DNA of 63,974 bases, filler included, from Intoshia linei (taxonomy: Eukaryota > Animalia > Orthonectida), in NCBI GenBank assembly GCA_001642005.1. It is 8 parts of 8 records of this genome, joined end to end, with 100 filler letters (N's around TTAATTAATTAA, not from the genome) between each part and the next. Parts side by side here need not be neighbours in the genome. Positions count along the whole stretch, not along the records: positions 33,784 to 43,080 come from LWCA01001378.1; positions 43,181 to 53,335 come from LWCA01001318.1; positions 53,436 to 54,973 come from LWCA01002579.1; positions 55,074 to 62,522 come from LWCA01001553.1; 4 more parts are not named here. The stretch is one strand, 5' to 3'. Below, one piece after another: positions 41,991 through 55,667 of the stretch. Every line of letters begins with the position of its first letter. Positions within the stretch are counted from its first letter, which is position 1. The translations under genes and the position numbers were made by a program. Under the pieces are notes generated by a model, which worked only from the letters and a program-made list of their open reading frames with translations, had not been told where the DNA came from and did no database searches.

Positions 41991-42852
41991 ATTTGTTGAT
42001 TTTATTGTTAAAGTTAAGGATTAAAATAAAATTCATTTAAAGTTCATTATGTACTTATTCAAATATAATCTTAAATGTTGGTTATCTATTTTTAACTTTG
42101 CCGCCATTTTAAATTATTTATCTATGATTGTTATATTTAATTTATTCGTAATATTTGATATTGGGTTTTTTTGAATTTAGTTTTTTGATTAATATTTTTA
42201 ATTAACCAAATTCGATTAAAATAATTTAATCTGAGATTAAATAAATCATGCTACCTGGTTTTAAATAGCTAACAGTGTTTCGATCGATAGACTATAATAT
42301 TGATTGATATTTCTCGATAATATGGATAAACCTGTAAATTCTCAATCAATAATTACAAAATTTGCCAGGTTGATAAATCGAACCAAATTTTCAATATTTA
42401 CAATATTGTAAAATTTACTAAAATGTTGTCTAATGTTTAGATTTAGAGCAGGGTTTCCAAACCTTTAATCCTTTCACTGCTTGAGAACCACTGGTGGTAC
42501 TAAGTAAATTTTTTAATCTTTTAAAAGGAAAGATTCTTTTAACTAGTCTTAAGGAAAAAATTTGCATAATGATGTAAGTTACATCATGTAAAACTAGTCA
42601 TACTTTAATATTAGATCATTTTAAATTGAATTGTCGCGTGTGGTGAGAATCACAAAATTTGTTTAGACTGAAAGGGTTAAGATCAGTAGCGGATATAGGT
42701 GGGTGTTAGAGACGGCCACTCCCTATATTCACTATAGATGGTATTCATAGATTATTTAATTATTTGTTTTATCGTACTGAATTAAAATTACTAAATCGTT
42801 TTTACACTTACATTTTATTATTATTTTAATTCAATTTAAATAAATTCTCAAA

Positions 42853-43080
42853 ATGAACAATATATTGAAACCACTACCAGAATTATTTGATAAGTTTGGA
42901 AAATTCAGAGAAAATCCAAAAGATTGGATAGAAAAATTTGAATTAACTGTCACGCTTGCAAATGATAAGGAAGAGAAAAAAGTAGCGTTACTCAAATTAA
43001 GTATCGGCGATCTTCACGATTTTCACGTCTGTATACCGATCAGGTGATAAAAATTTATCTGCTGACTTTTTATCCAGGAT
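42853..43080 (+). mobile_element. Internally deleted Ty3/gypsy remnant (gag N-terminus joined to RNase H end)
   Basis: ENPKDWIEKFE..KVALL followed in another frame by YRSGDKNLSADFLSR. Confidence 0.6.
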
Positions 43081-43180
43081 NNNNNNNNNNNNNNNNNNNN
43101 NNNNNNNNNNNNNNNNNNNNNNNNTTAATTAATTAANNNNNNNNNNNNNNNNNNNNNNNNNNNNNNNNNNNNNNNNNNNN

Positions 43181-43833
43181 TTATGAAAAACATTTACCAA
43201 CTGTAAAACGTATAGTTAACAAATTCGAAGGTGACGGTCTCATAGTTAGACAAGCCAAATGTGCAATATCCAAAGAAACATTACCATCAGAATTAAAAAT
43301 TATATCAGGCTACAAAATGATACATGAATTAATTAAAAAATGTGAAGATTGCTCTTTTTCTATAATTAAAGCCTGGAAAGCTATGAAAGATATCCATTTT
43401 GAAGAAGATCCATGTAATATCAAATTATGCATTATGAAACGCTTGGAAAACAATGAAATTAGAGTTATTTGTGAATTGAAGAATGATAATATTTCTCAGT
43501 ATATATATTAACTATTAGAAAATTGTCAATCAACTTCAGCTGTTGTAGAACGAAGCTTCTCTATGCTTAAAAAACTTATTGCAAAAGATAGAAATTATAA
43601 AACCGATAATATTAAAAAATATATAGTTTGTCATTATTATTTACCAACAAATTAAACTAATTAATAATATTTTTTTCAGTGAATTTTAATTAATTTGTCA
43701 TAAATAGGATAGTTAGTATAATTATTTTCAATTGTTGCTCTTCGTATAAAAAATTTATAAGTCCAAAAAATGAAAATATTTTTCTATTAAATACAAAAAG
43801 TCACATTTATAGGTCCAAAAAAAACTTGCTCTA
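43181..43833 (+). mobile_element. hAT (CGGBP-like) transposase C-terminus and right end
   Basis: CQSTSAVVERSFSMLKKLIAKDRNY dimerisation motif, an in-frame stop and terminus CTTGCTCTA. Confidence 0.8.
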
Positions 43834-44434
43834 CTCATTATACATTTTAGTTTATTCGTTGTAAATATGATATTATGCTATAAATAGAATTTTTATTATT
43901 CAATAATTATTGTACATTGAATTAAAATATCAAATTTGACTTATTTAATGTCGCATAACAAATTATAATTAAATTATTATTCGAAAAGATTATTTTTATA
44001 AATAAATAATGTATAAAGATTATATATTATTTTTAGCTATATCCATTATATGAAATCTGATAACTCCATCATCTGAATAATTTAATGTAAATATGCTACA
44101 AACATTGAAATATAAATAAGTCTAAATTTAATACATCATAAATAAATGTGTAATAGTTTCAATGTAATTGTGTAATTGTAATTTTTTCTAATCAGAGTTT
44201 GAGAAAATTTTAATTGGTTATAAAAAACAAGGTAGATACTAGGGTTGGGAATTAACGAAAAATATTGGGTGGATAATCTTCGCTATTCTATACATATATA
44301 CTATACTATATATAGGTGTCTATAATTTTCATCTGACCCGGGCCTACTGCTGGCTATCCACGGCCCTGTCTGTATGTGAAATTACTGTCAATTTGGTATA
44401 TAATATAACTGCATAAAAAACTAAATTCTGAGAA

Positions 44435-44700
44435 GTAAGTATTCGTGGAGGTAAAATATTTGAATTATTGGATGATAGAACAATTAACTATATATGCCTT
44501 GATCTGATACAAGATGATTTTCATACTGCAGCACGCTTAATAACTGATTTGAAACCAATCTCTCAAAAGATACGGTGTATAGGTAATATATAATTATACT
44601 ATCCAAAAAATTTAGATTTTTAGCTAAACACGGTTTCAAATATATCCCATATTTTAGATAATATTAAAAAAATAAACTAAAATGGCCAAAGGAAACGCTA
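44435..44700 (+). mobile_element. Tc1-like transposase N-terminal remnant with an apparent 33-nt intron
   Basis: LDDRTINYI..TAARLITDL, a frameshift, then SKDTVYR|FLAKHGFKY across GT-AG 44583-44615. Confidence 0.45.
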
Positions 44701-44986
44701 TTAAAATTAAAAAAAGCCATCCAGCATCCTAATAGATCTGATACTGCTATAAATAATACATATGCTATTACGTAGTAATTAACAAGGTTAACATATACGG
44801 TATTGATCAAAAAATTACAATTATTACAATTGTGTTTATATATACATATTATGTATTGAATCCTTGGTAATTTATTACCGAGAAGACAAATAAGATTAAA
44901 TTTTTCCGAAATTTTAGAAAATATTTATCTTTACTGTTTACTAATATTTAGTATGATCTCCTTTAGATTGAATTAGAGAATTTATA

Positions 44987-45380
44987 CAGCGTGTCATTGA
45001 ATAATATACATTATGGTCAGATTTTTCATTTTTAAATTGTTCCAGACGTGGTTCAGACATTCATTTAGTTTCCATTTTGTTTTAATTTCAATTTCGTGAA
45101 CCTCATCCTTTAGTTGTTCCCAAATGTTTTCTATTAAATTCATATCAGGCAAATTGCTTGGCCACTAAAGAACGGATATACCTTATAATTAAAAAAACCA
45201 TTACACTTTTAGTCTTTTGACAAGGAGTCAAATTTTGCTGAAATATATAACCTTCAGACATACTCTATTCTTAAATGTCTTTTAAAAAAATATTTAAAAT
45301 GTCCTTAATACTGTATTTTTATAAGATTCGGTTTAAAAAAATATCAATCACGGTATCTTTTTCACAATAACACATTATAT
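44987..45380 (-). mobile_element. Tc1-like DD34E transposase remnant
   Basis: FQQNLTPCQKTK and WPSNLPDMNLIENIWEQLK, with a TA^CAG terminus. Confidence 0.75.
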
Positions 45381-46486
45381 AATTACTACACACAGAGCCG
45401 TTGACAGAGGGGCTAGTGGCCGTATGGCTCGGGCCATACTATGATGATTAATGCGATTTACAACTGTTTTTTTAATTTTTAGACAATAAACGATCGATTA
45501 AACAATGTACATGCTAGAGTTCTGCAACGGATCGTGTTGGGGTGATATATACGAACGAAACGAAAAATTTTTGTCTGAAACACGATCCGAAAAGATACCA
45601 AGTTTGTGTTCGGATAGAATCGTGTTGCAGAACTCTAGTCATAATTTTAAAAAATTTTTTATAGGGCCTATTGCTGGCTTTCCACGCCTCTACCTACAGG
45701 TAAAGTAAGAAATGTAACTAATCTTATTTGTCATTATTACCTTATGTAACATAGCATAAAATAGTAATTATAATGGTAGGGTAATACAAAGTATACGTAA
45801 ATGTATAACGTTATACTATTGAAATAATAAAAACAGTTCTGGTTATTTATTTTCTAATGAAAATTGCTGTTAATTTTATCACTAGATAATATCTACATCA
45901 CAGCAAATCGACATGAAAGTAGTAATTATATTAATGAAATAGCAGTGTGATATTAACCATGATAAATAGATTACTATGAATAATTGGATATTATTTTAAA
46001 TATATACGACTATACTACTGGGCCAAGGAGAGGGATATATTATTAATATTATCAGGATTTATCATTTTTTATTATTTCTCATTATACAAATTTCCTAGGT
46101 TCATCAACCAGTTTATTGAATGTATAAGAATCGTACAATTTCAATTTTAGTAAGCTTATTTTTGATTACACGAATCTGTTTCATATATCATAAGAAGTGA
46201 AAATGAGAAACGTAAATATGTAAAAAAAATGAATTTGAGAATAAGTGAATAATGGTTGATAAATTGACTTTTAAATGTTTAATTTCTTATGATTTTTATG
46301 ATTGATTTAATACGAATACGGATATAAATATAATTCTGTTATTAGTGTCCACAGCAGGGAGTGAGTAACTCTTGAGATTACATAATTGGTGCATTGAAAA
46401 TAGGTGACACGTAAAAACAAGGAAATGTATTATTGTTTACTTTAAAATTAAAGATTTACTTATTATCACACATTTGATTATTAAAA

Positions 46487-49400
46487 TTAATTCATGAGTT
46501 CGTCTATGGTGAAACCAATTTTTGATTTTTTGGTGGTAGGCTTTGGAGAATAGGTTTGTTCTAAGGAAATTTGATAATCGGAAGATGGTTTTTCATTTGT
46601 TTCTTCTGTAAAAGAATCGTCAGAGTTATTATTTGGTGTAACTGAATTTGCAACGTTGCATCTAAATAAAATTAAGTATGTTGTATAGTATTTATGCAAG
46701 GAATAAAAATGTTAAACAATGGATTGCATGTGACACAAAAATGAATGTTAATGGTGTATTGTAAATACGTGATTTGTTCATTTAGTTAACTAATTTGTAA
46801 AATATAATAACATACATTTTATCAATATTAAAATTTTGGTGAAATTGGTATGCATGATTTTAAAATTATAATAATTTTACTATAAACCTTTACTCTTATT
46901 ATTTTAGGTCTTTGACATTAGCAATAATATAACATGTGTCATTAATCATTGTTAATAATATACTTAAATAACAAATCAATAAATGGCATGTAATTAAACT
47001 GACATTAAAAAAATAGATATTTTTACACAATCAATGTTTGATATTTATATATCACGGTTCACACTTGATTACATAAAATCCAAATTGAATATTTACATCA
47101 ATATATAATTGTGTGATTTATTATTTAACGTTATTCGCGATTTAGAAATTTGATACAATGTGAGATTACCGCAATTGGCAACCGGAAGTGGATTAATTAT
47201 AAGAACATCATATAAAATAATCAGTAAGTGATGTGCACGCATAAACATTGATAATTCAAATTTTGACAATAATTAATAGTAATTGAGGGATTACTTGAGA
47301 TTAAGTACATTGTGACAAATATCGAGCTATGTGAAACAAGTAAAGTTTTCAGAATAACGCTTTTGTTTCCAGAAATATTAATTAACATTATTTCAGCAAC
47401 TTGTTCATTGTCCGTATACAATAACTATTGAACCATTCATTTTTTGTCTAATATAATATCGTGTGGTTTTAGTTAAAAACAAATTGCTACTTAATTAATC
47501 AATTTGAACATGAAATTTCAATTACCTATAAAAACATTTTCGTGTCTAAAATTATTGACATAGCACTTGAAATACTCAAACTACTTTTTAGCACCACTTG
47601 AAATGTTAGAATAATGTTTTAATTCCCTCAACTCTCATTTAAGACATTTCATATATTTATACATTCTACTACAAGTGACCAACTGCGATTTTTATGTATC
47701 AAAGAATATGAGTGTAAACTATTAAAATTTTCACACTATGCCGTGTTGTATAACGGATTAAAAAAACACATTAAGATGTAATAATTATAAAAAAACCTGT
47801 GTTTGGATGCAGCAGCTCTATCTCTTTGACGTCGATTCTAAAATTTTATTCAAAAATATAAATTCAAAATAAAGTAAAATTACCTTGAACCAATTACCTA
47901 CTTGAGTAGGGTTTAATCCGGTTAATTTTGCTAATTCGTTTTTTTTTCGTGGGTTCGGATAAGGATCTTGAATGTACCTATATGAAGCAGGATTAAATTA
48001 ACATTTTTCCTGGATGTATAATTTTACCAATTGAAATAATATAAAAATATACATCCTAATTGATACGTTTATTTTATATATGTAATCAACATAATTCTAT
48101 TTATATCAATGATTTTAAATGAAATATAAACTAATAAAAATAACACAATTAAGAAGCGCTTAAATGAATGCCCTACACCAGGAGCAAAATTCTTTTTTGA
48201 AATGATATATTTAAAAGTTTTTGGGCGAATGAACTATAACATAATATACATTATGTGGTTCTTCGTCTGTCCTGTACATTAAGTACAGTCTATATTTTGA
48301 AATTATATATATTTTTGGGGTTATCTTAAATTAGTTAAAAATGAATAATTTTTAAGTTTATATCTGAAATTAATCGTAATTTTTCATCCAGTTTGTTGAA
48401 ATTTTTTACAAATTATAATAAAACTTTATGTAAGTCATACATAATGTAATTGATGAAATTTTCCAACATTAATTATTAAGAAATTAAAATATTAGACCCC
48501 TCATGATTGTAGACCCTGGCCGCACCACTTACATGTTCACAGCATAAATTGAAACAAGTTAAACCATAAATATAGAATCTAATGTGAATTTAATTTATCA
48601 AAGCAAATTCAAAAAAATGGTTAAGTTTATCTTAGCAGTAAAGAATATAAATAGTCAATAATAAATACACTGTCTAATTATATCAAGATTAATATGCTGT
48701 AAAATTATACTAAACCGGTTTAGATGGTATATTAATTTTCAATAGGTTAAATGAAAACAATGATGGATAAATTATTATATTCAGTTTTATAAATAATAAT
48801 TTTGCACTTAATTTATTACCATTTTCGTAAAAGACTTCTGGTTCTTTCTTTAAAACAATGAGATCTTTGTTCACCGTCCCAAACAGTTCTAGGTAATGGA
48901 TACTTTTTTCTTACACGATATTTATCTACTGGACCTAAAGGCCTACCTCTTTGTCTTTCAGCGTCCAGATAGTGTGATTCTAGCCATAAAATTTGTAACT
49001 TTTGATGCGATTCACGACTAAATTTTTTAGATTGGATAATTGTATACAACGTTTCGTAATCGCCTAAATGAAAAGACACTAGAGCTCGAACTCGTAGAAT
49101 AATTTCGTTTGACGTGAGTTCATTGAGCCAATTTTTAAAGTCGTAATCTTTAGGTATTTTACTAGGGTTTTTATCAAATTTATCGGATTTTTGAGAGACT
49201 ACTTTGGTGGCATGATCAATTGGAAGAGACCAGATAAACCTGGTTAATCGTAGAATGTCGCCACTATCTTCTAATACTTGGCACACATTACAAATTTGCT
49301 CAATTGAAAATGATTTAAATATGGAATAATATGCTTTTTCAGGGATTGAAGGTGTATTTTCAGAATTCATTTTGTTGGGTTTTAGATTATAAGGTAAATA

Positions 49401-49631
49401 ATTTTGTGTGACTGAAGAATTTGAATAATTTGGAAAGTTTACTGAGGAATTTATACAAGATTGAATGATATTATTACTGCACATTTTTACATAATTTTCA
49501 TATTGATCAATTGTGTTGTAGTTAAAGTTGGCACTAGAACTTTGAGAATCATCTTTTTTTCTGTCAATTTGTTCGTTATCTGTAGAAATGTTTTTTATAT
49601 TTGGATTCATTCGAAAGTTTGAGTAAAACAT
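46487..49631 (-). CDS. Six3/6: Six3/6 (optix) SIX-class homeobox transcription factor, complete
   Basis: Exons 49631-48820, 47977-47884, 47837-47797, 46661-46487. SIX domain ([27 protein letters not shown]) and homeodomain [40 protein letters not shown]. Confidence 0.95.
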
Positions 49632-51525
49632 TTTAATATAGAATTTTAATATTTACGGCAATGTCGTTGTTTGTATGGCGTAAATAATATGACATTATAA
49701 TGATATATCATATTTTCATTGTAATGAAACTTGGGTCATTAATTGTAGCAAAATATCCTCAAATAACATTACACTTCCTAGTCAGATTATTCAAAGCCCA
49801 TTGTTAATCCTATATTGATACTACATATAAACAAAATAGCATTATGATGGGCGTTACTGTATTTAACAATTATACTTATGCAAAGATCCACCAATAACAA
49901 TTGATGTATTGCATATAATGTTTGCAACGTATAATGTAACAATCATTAACTACTGAATTACAGACATATTCAATCATTAAGCATTCAGTTATTTTTTTGA
50001 AATTTTCTCACACTATTCTTATAATGAAATTAACGTTATTATTCATTATTTTTTGTATTATAATACCTGTAATTCAATGTTATTTTAGTGTAGTATTACA
50101 TTTTATTCAGACATGTATATTAAATACTTATTCCAATGTATACCAATCTATATTTAAACAAATACTCGAGTTGCAATTCCAAAATAAATATCTTTAAACC
50201 CTTATCACTCAAATTAACTTTTATTAATCGATAATGGGAGTATCAATGTATCTCTGCGTTTGCGTAATTTTATTTCTAATTTCACTCATTACAATTCAGT
50301 CTACATTACATTATCGAGTCAATATGTTAATATTCTATTATGGGATTTAATATCTTGATGCCGTACAATGTATGGCATACATGATTTTATCACATTTCAT
50401 TCCAAAAACACAGATTCTGGGTGTTTATGTAATTTAATATTGAGTTATCATTGGACACTAATTATACCTTATTTTAATCAATAACTTATCTAGAATACTC
50501 AACTTTATACGTTCTGAACCTGCACAACCTTCAATTTAAAGTTTAATAATCTATTTAATTGTAAAATGTTCAATGTTTACATATTATTGCCTATTTAAAC
50601 AATTAAATTTATTCTTTTTGAATAAAATAACTGTTCAATTTTAACCAATTTATACATTAATTAATATCTACAATTTAAATAAATTTAATCTGTTAAATAC
50701 GACAAGTTTAATGTATTTTTAACGTTGTTCAACGTATTTTTATATTAATGCTCTTATGTTTATACATTTTGCTATATACAGTTGGATTTTTTGGTGATAC
50801 GTTGACAGCTTTAATCTCGACCACATTATCATCGCCCAAAACGTTTCATTCAATATGAAATTTTAGTCTAGTCTACCATTGTTAAATTAGCTGGTTGAGT
50901 AAATGGAATATGTGCCATCGATTCTATTATTCTTTATAATAATACTTATAGGACTTAACTGTTCATGAAAATAAAAAGAAAAATTTGAGTGTAAGTAGAA
51001 TTTTTTCAAAATTTTATATTAATAGTAAATTACTATTAATATAATTAATGGTATATTGGTTCATTTGATGTAGCCATAATAATTATAATTATTAGATAAA
51101 TAAAGATATAAATATAAAAATTAGCTTTTGTAAACTTATCTTTTCATAATATGCAAAAAAATAAACTTCGAGGCTACTTTAGTATATTATTTCTTAATAT
51201 TCAATTATTGAATGACTCTCTGGGGATCAGGTTTGCTAATATAATATTTTTCAAATTTCAGTAATTAAAGTAAATAAATTAAATATAGGTATTACAGTTA
51301 TCTAATTTTTGCATCTTAAAATGAAGACAATACTTTTAATGTTTTGTTAAAATAGAAATAACTTATAGGGCCTACTGTGGCGGTTCCCAAATGTCAGTCT
51401 GTTAAATAATGTTACCTGCCTCTGCTAAATTTTTTTGAAAATATTTTAAATAGAAATATTATAATTACATTTATATTATCGTGTTTATTAAAATTTTTCT
51501 TAGTACATTTCGTTTTAGTTATCAG

Positions 51526-52516
51526 TAGGGCAAGCAAAAGTCAGAAAAGTTAAAATTTGATATATTAAATAGTTTAACATTTCCAGTATGATGGCACTAA
51601 TATCGTCAATATTAATTGGCTAATTAAAATTTTATAAAGTTTATACGGTTAGAAAAGTTAAAATTTTTTCCAAATGTTAGAATTTTTTTTAAAAGTTAAT
51701 AAAGTTAGATTTTGAAATATTCAATTATTTACATGTGCATTTTTAAATTTTAAAATCTGAATTTTAATCTAATAATCAGTTAATACCTAAATTTCCAAAA
51801 TCCAAAGTCGAGGCAGAAAATATTTATAATATTTTAAGAATATTTCCAAATAAATTTAAAATGAAGGACTGCAGTTTAATTTGTATCAAATGAAATTGTG
51901 ATGTCTCATTTTAAAAATTATATTATTTGCAGAGTCATAGGTCGTTTGTTAAATACAAATCATTAACTTTAAATGATACTACTCAAATCCGTAAATATTG
52001 CAAATTAAAAAGTCATTTTACCATTGACATAGAATTTTTTGCCTCGGTAGACATACCTTATACAAGTTAAACAACAAAAAATTAAAGAAATTTTTTATCA
52101 ACNAGACATACCTTATACAAGTTAAACAACAAAAAATTAAAGAAATTTTTTATCAACATGGGCAAATCGTTAACATCTGAAAACAATTGTGGTGATAAAA
52201 TCGACCAGGTATATTTGAAAGAAATTGAAAGGATAAAATCGTTTGTAAAGATGAATTAATATTTATGATGTTGGATGAAACCGATTTAAACGATGTTAAA
52301 TATATAAATATAATTGTAGGTACTTTGAAAAACCCCCAAAATTTAATGCTGTTTGACTGTAAAATGATTAATACAAACATGAATGGTCAAATTGTATCTA
52401 TGATAGGATTATATAATGAATTAAACGGATATACATCTATATTACGTGTTATTGACATGGCAAAAGAGTCGTATACTATTAATCAAGCATATGATACAAT
52501 AAAAGGTCAAAATTAA
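51526..52516 (+). mobile_element. Degenerate hAT (CGGBP-like transposase) element, left part
   Basis: TAGGGCAAG terminus, FFASVDIPY and IFMMLDETDLNDVKYINIIVG. Confidence 0.65.
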
Positions 52517-53704
52517 GGTCAAAAATTATTCTTGGTCATTTGATTAAAATGTTAAAATCCTTTCCTTAAATTTCATAGCTAAAATAACATACAAAAGTAT
52601 CACAATTTTTTTAGATAATTATTTTTTTTATGGGTCGATTATATTAAAATTTGAGTAACAGTAATAACTTGTTACTAACAGGTAATTGAAAACACTCAAT
52701 ATAGTAAATTTTATCAATCTAAAAATATGTGATTTTTATTTTTAATTATGAAAGGGGGCGATTTTAAAAAATATGTGTGTAATTATCATCTTATGGAGAC
52801 GATTCTAAAAAAGGTTGAGAATCCCTGGTCTAAGAATAGTAATTTCAAGTCTAATTAAAGAATTAAATATATAATAATTTTTCAGGGTATCAGATTAAGT
52901 CAGTGGTATCCCTAATCAGATAAGAATAATATTATAACTACTTTATATATAAATTATTTGATAATAATTAGTCGGTTAGTCAGAATCGGTTTTCAAATTA
53001 GTAATATCTGAATTCTGAATTAAAGATTATGTATCAGATTTTTTATGATGCATTCATCAATTTCAATTATGAATTATAAATTATTATTGTAAAAATTTCA
53101 AAATAAGTCCCAACCCCTTTTTAAAGAGTAACACCTATACAGGTCTGAAGATTCGGTACTATACATTCCTTAAAGTAAAAATATGTGAAATCAAGTAAAT
53201 CTCAAATATAACAACTAGAAATTGACTATTTTATAACATCACAGTTAATTCGTGTATCAAATTATTAAGGAATATACAGAGCCGTTTTAAGGCATGGGCA
53301 ATATGGGCTGTAGCCCAGGGCCCCTCATTAAAAAANNNNNNNNNNNNNNNNNNNNNNNNNNNNNNNNNNNNNNNNNNNNTTAATTAATTAANNNNNNNNN
53401 NNNNNNNNNNNNNNNNNNNNNNNNNNNNNNNNNNNGGAACTACGAGTTTATTATGTTTTCGATAGTTTTGCAAAATTGATGAGACGTTCAAAGTAACTAA
53501 ATAATTACAAACTTCAATTTCACGACTTTTTTCAGGTTTTTTTTTTATTTTTTTACCAATTAAAGATCTTACCAAATCGTTTAATATATGAAAAATTCAA
53601 AAACCTAGCATGTTATTTAGATTGGTTCATATCAATTGCAAAATTGCTGCGAGGGAGTAAACGTTGTACTATAGTTGGAGTCTAAGTGAACAAAACCATA
53701 TTAC

Positions 53705-53976
53705 CTATAATAATTGAAACATTTTTTTGTTTGATAGGGTTGACATTTTGAAAAAAATTTTTGAAAATTTCCGTGACGACGACAGCTGTTATGGAATTGA
53801 TGCCAGTTGATAATGTGCTAAATTTTACATAAATTATGATACATTAATAAATAAAATTAATAAAACGTTAATATGTTCACATTTTACCTGAAGGTTGCAG
53901 CTAAAAGTGATACGTAAAATATTCCAGTAAAACAAGGATATTGGCTGAAAACTTTATTAACATAATGTGGTAATAT
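53705..53976 (-). CDS. Sodium:solute symporter (SLC5A6/8/12-like), two internal exons
   Basis: Exons 53976-53888 and 53817-53705: ILPHYVNKVFSQYPCFTGIFYVSLLAATFS|TLSTGINSITAVVVTEIF. Confidence 0.8.
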
Positions 53977-54829
53977 CTATGATAAATAAATATGATTATT
54001 ATAATGATAAATAATTATGAATTATTTATTTATAGTTATTCATGTAACACTAACGTGTCTGGTGTGTACCTTGTACAAACAACAGCTAATTATGTAAAGG
54101 ACGAAAGTTCCAAATATACATAATGTATATTTCGATACATAAATAAAATTTTTTTAATTTTACAATAATAATGATTATTTCATAAGGTCATAAAACTATA
54201 ACCGCGATTTTTAAATTTTTTTTAAAACTTTAAATTTAACAATTTCGCTTATGAATCTAGTAAGGAAAAATAAATGTGTATCCACCAACATGAGGCTTTA
54301 ACTACGGATAACGCGTTATCAAGTCAAAGAGAATGAAAATAAACAACCAATCACATATTGATAGGATATTCAATCATAAAAAAAGTTAAACTGATTTATA
54401 AATCTTTTACTTGTATAAAATTTCATTTATGAGTGTGTTACCGTATATTTAAAATTATATAATTAATATTTTATTAATATAATGAAAAGTCTATTAATTT
54501 TTGTTGAAAGACCGATGAAGGTACTTCAAAAACCACAATAAAATATATTTTTAGAAAAAATTACGTAAAAACATTTTGCACTTTCCTTTTAATGTTTTCT
54601 ATCAGTGTGAGCATTAAAACAATTGAGCAAAAAGTCATATTTATAAAAACATAACTCTCTTGTGTGTTAAAATTAAACATCAAGTCAACACCCTATCTGA
54701 TGTTGCTATGGATATATGACACTATGCATCGTACTTTTCATTTATACCTTTTTAATTTCAAAAATAAGAATAATAAACTTCAAAACGAGAATAACAAAGT
54801 TCAAAATGTGAATAGTAAACTTCAAAACG

Positions 54830-54973
54830 AGGATATCAAATTTAATTTATCTGTATCAAAAGTTGCGATTTCCCACTATCTGAAAAATCTTTTATACACT
54901 CTAAAACCAATACGACATAAACCTGAAAATGCAAACAATGCCGTAAATAAAGAGAAAAGAAGAAATTTTACTT
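54830..54973 (+). mobile_element. IS630/Tc1-like transposase fragment
   Basis: KFNLSVSKVAISHYLKNLLYTLKPIRHKPENAN..KEKR resembles the HTH-linker region. Cut by the gap. Confidence 0.45.
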
Positions 54974-55667
54974 NNNNNNNNNNNNNNNNNNNNNNNNNNN
55001 NNNNNNNNNNNNNNNNNTTAATTAATTAANNNNNNNNNNNNNNNNNNNNNNNNNNNNNNNNNNNNNNNNNNNNTTTATGATAATGTTTATGATTTTAAAA
55101 TCCGCATCAGCGTATATATTTTTTTAATTCTCAAACTCGTTTGATTTTCGAAAAGAGAGACAAGAGGGGTTTTTGACCCGTAAGATGTGAAATTGGGAGG
55201 TTGAAATTTATCTTATTATATGCCCCGAAAAAAACTGTAATTGAAACGTGGTCTTTAAAAAATTCTAAGAGTGGTAGTTATTTCAATAAAGTTTTTGACC
55301 CGTAAGATGTGAAATTGGGAGGTTGAAATTTATCTTATTATACGGTTTTTGACCCTTAAGATGTGAAATTGGGAGGTTGAAATTTATCTTATTATACGCG
55401 GAAAAAACTGTAACTGAAATGTGGTATTTAAAAAATTCTAAGAGTGTTAGTTATTTCAATAAAGTGAAACACACTCACAGACAAACACACAAAAAAAAAT
55501 CTTGTAGTTTTTTATATAAGTTAGGATAAAGTATTATCTCTAATTTTGGTTATAGTGCGAAGCGGGCTCGCAATATCCAAAATTTTAAATTAATGTCGTT
55601 TTGTTTAGTTTAATACTATAAACTAAAAATCTTTGAAACAAATATCTAGATAATAAAATTTTTTCAG

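Noticed and set aside
42050-42110. Minus-strand ATGGCGGCA.. as the first exon of a gene enclosing DNAAF2
   Set aside because: No compatible downstream exon found. It could be chance or a YY1-like site.
52029-52157. Exact ~54-nt direct repeat around a single N (similar case near N at 965)
   Set aside because: Typical unmerged contig-overlap artefact.
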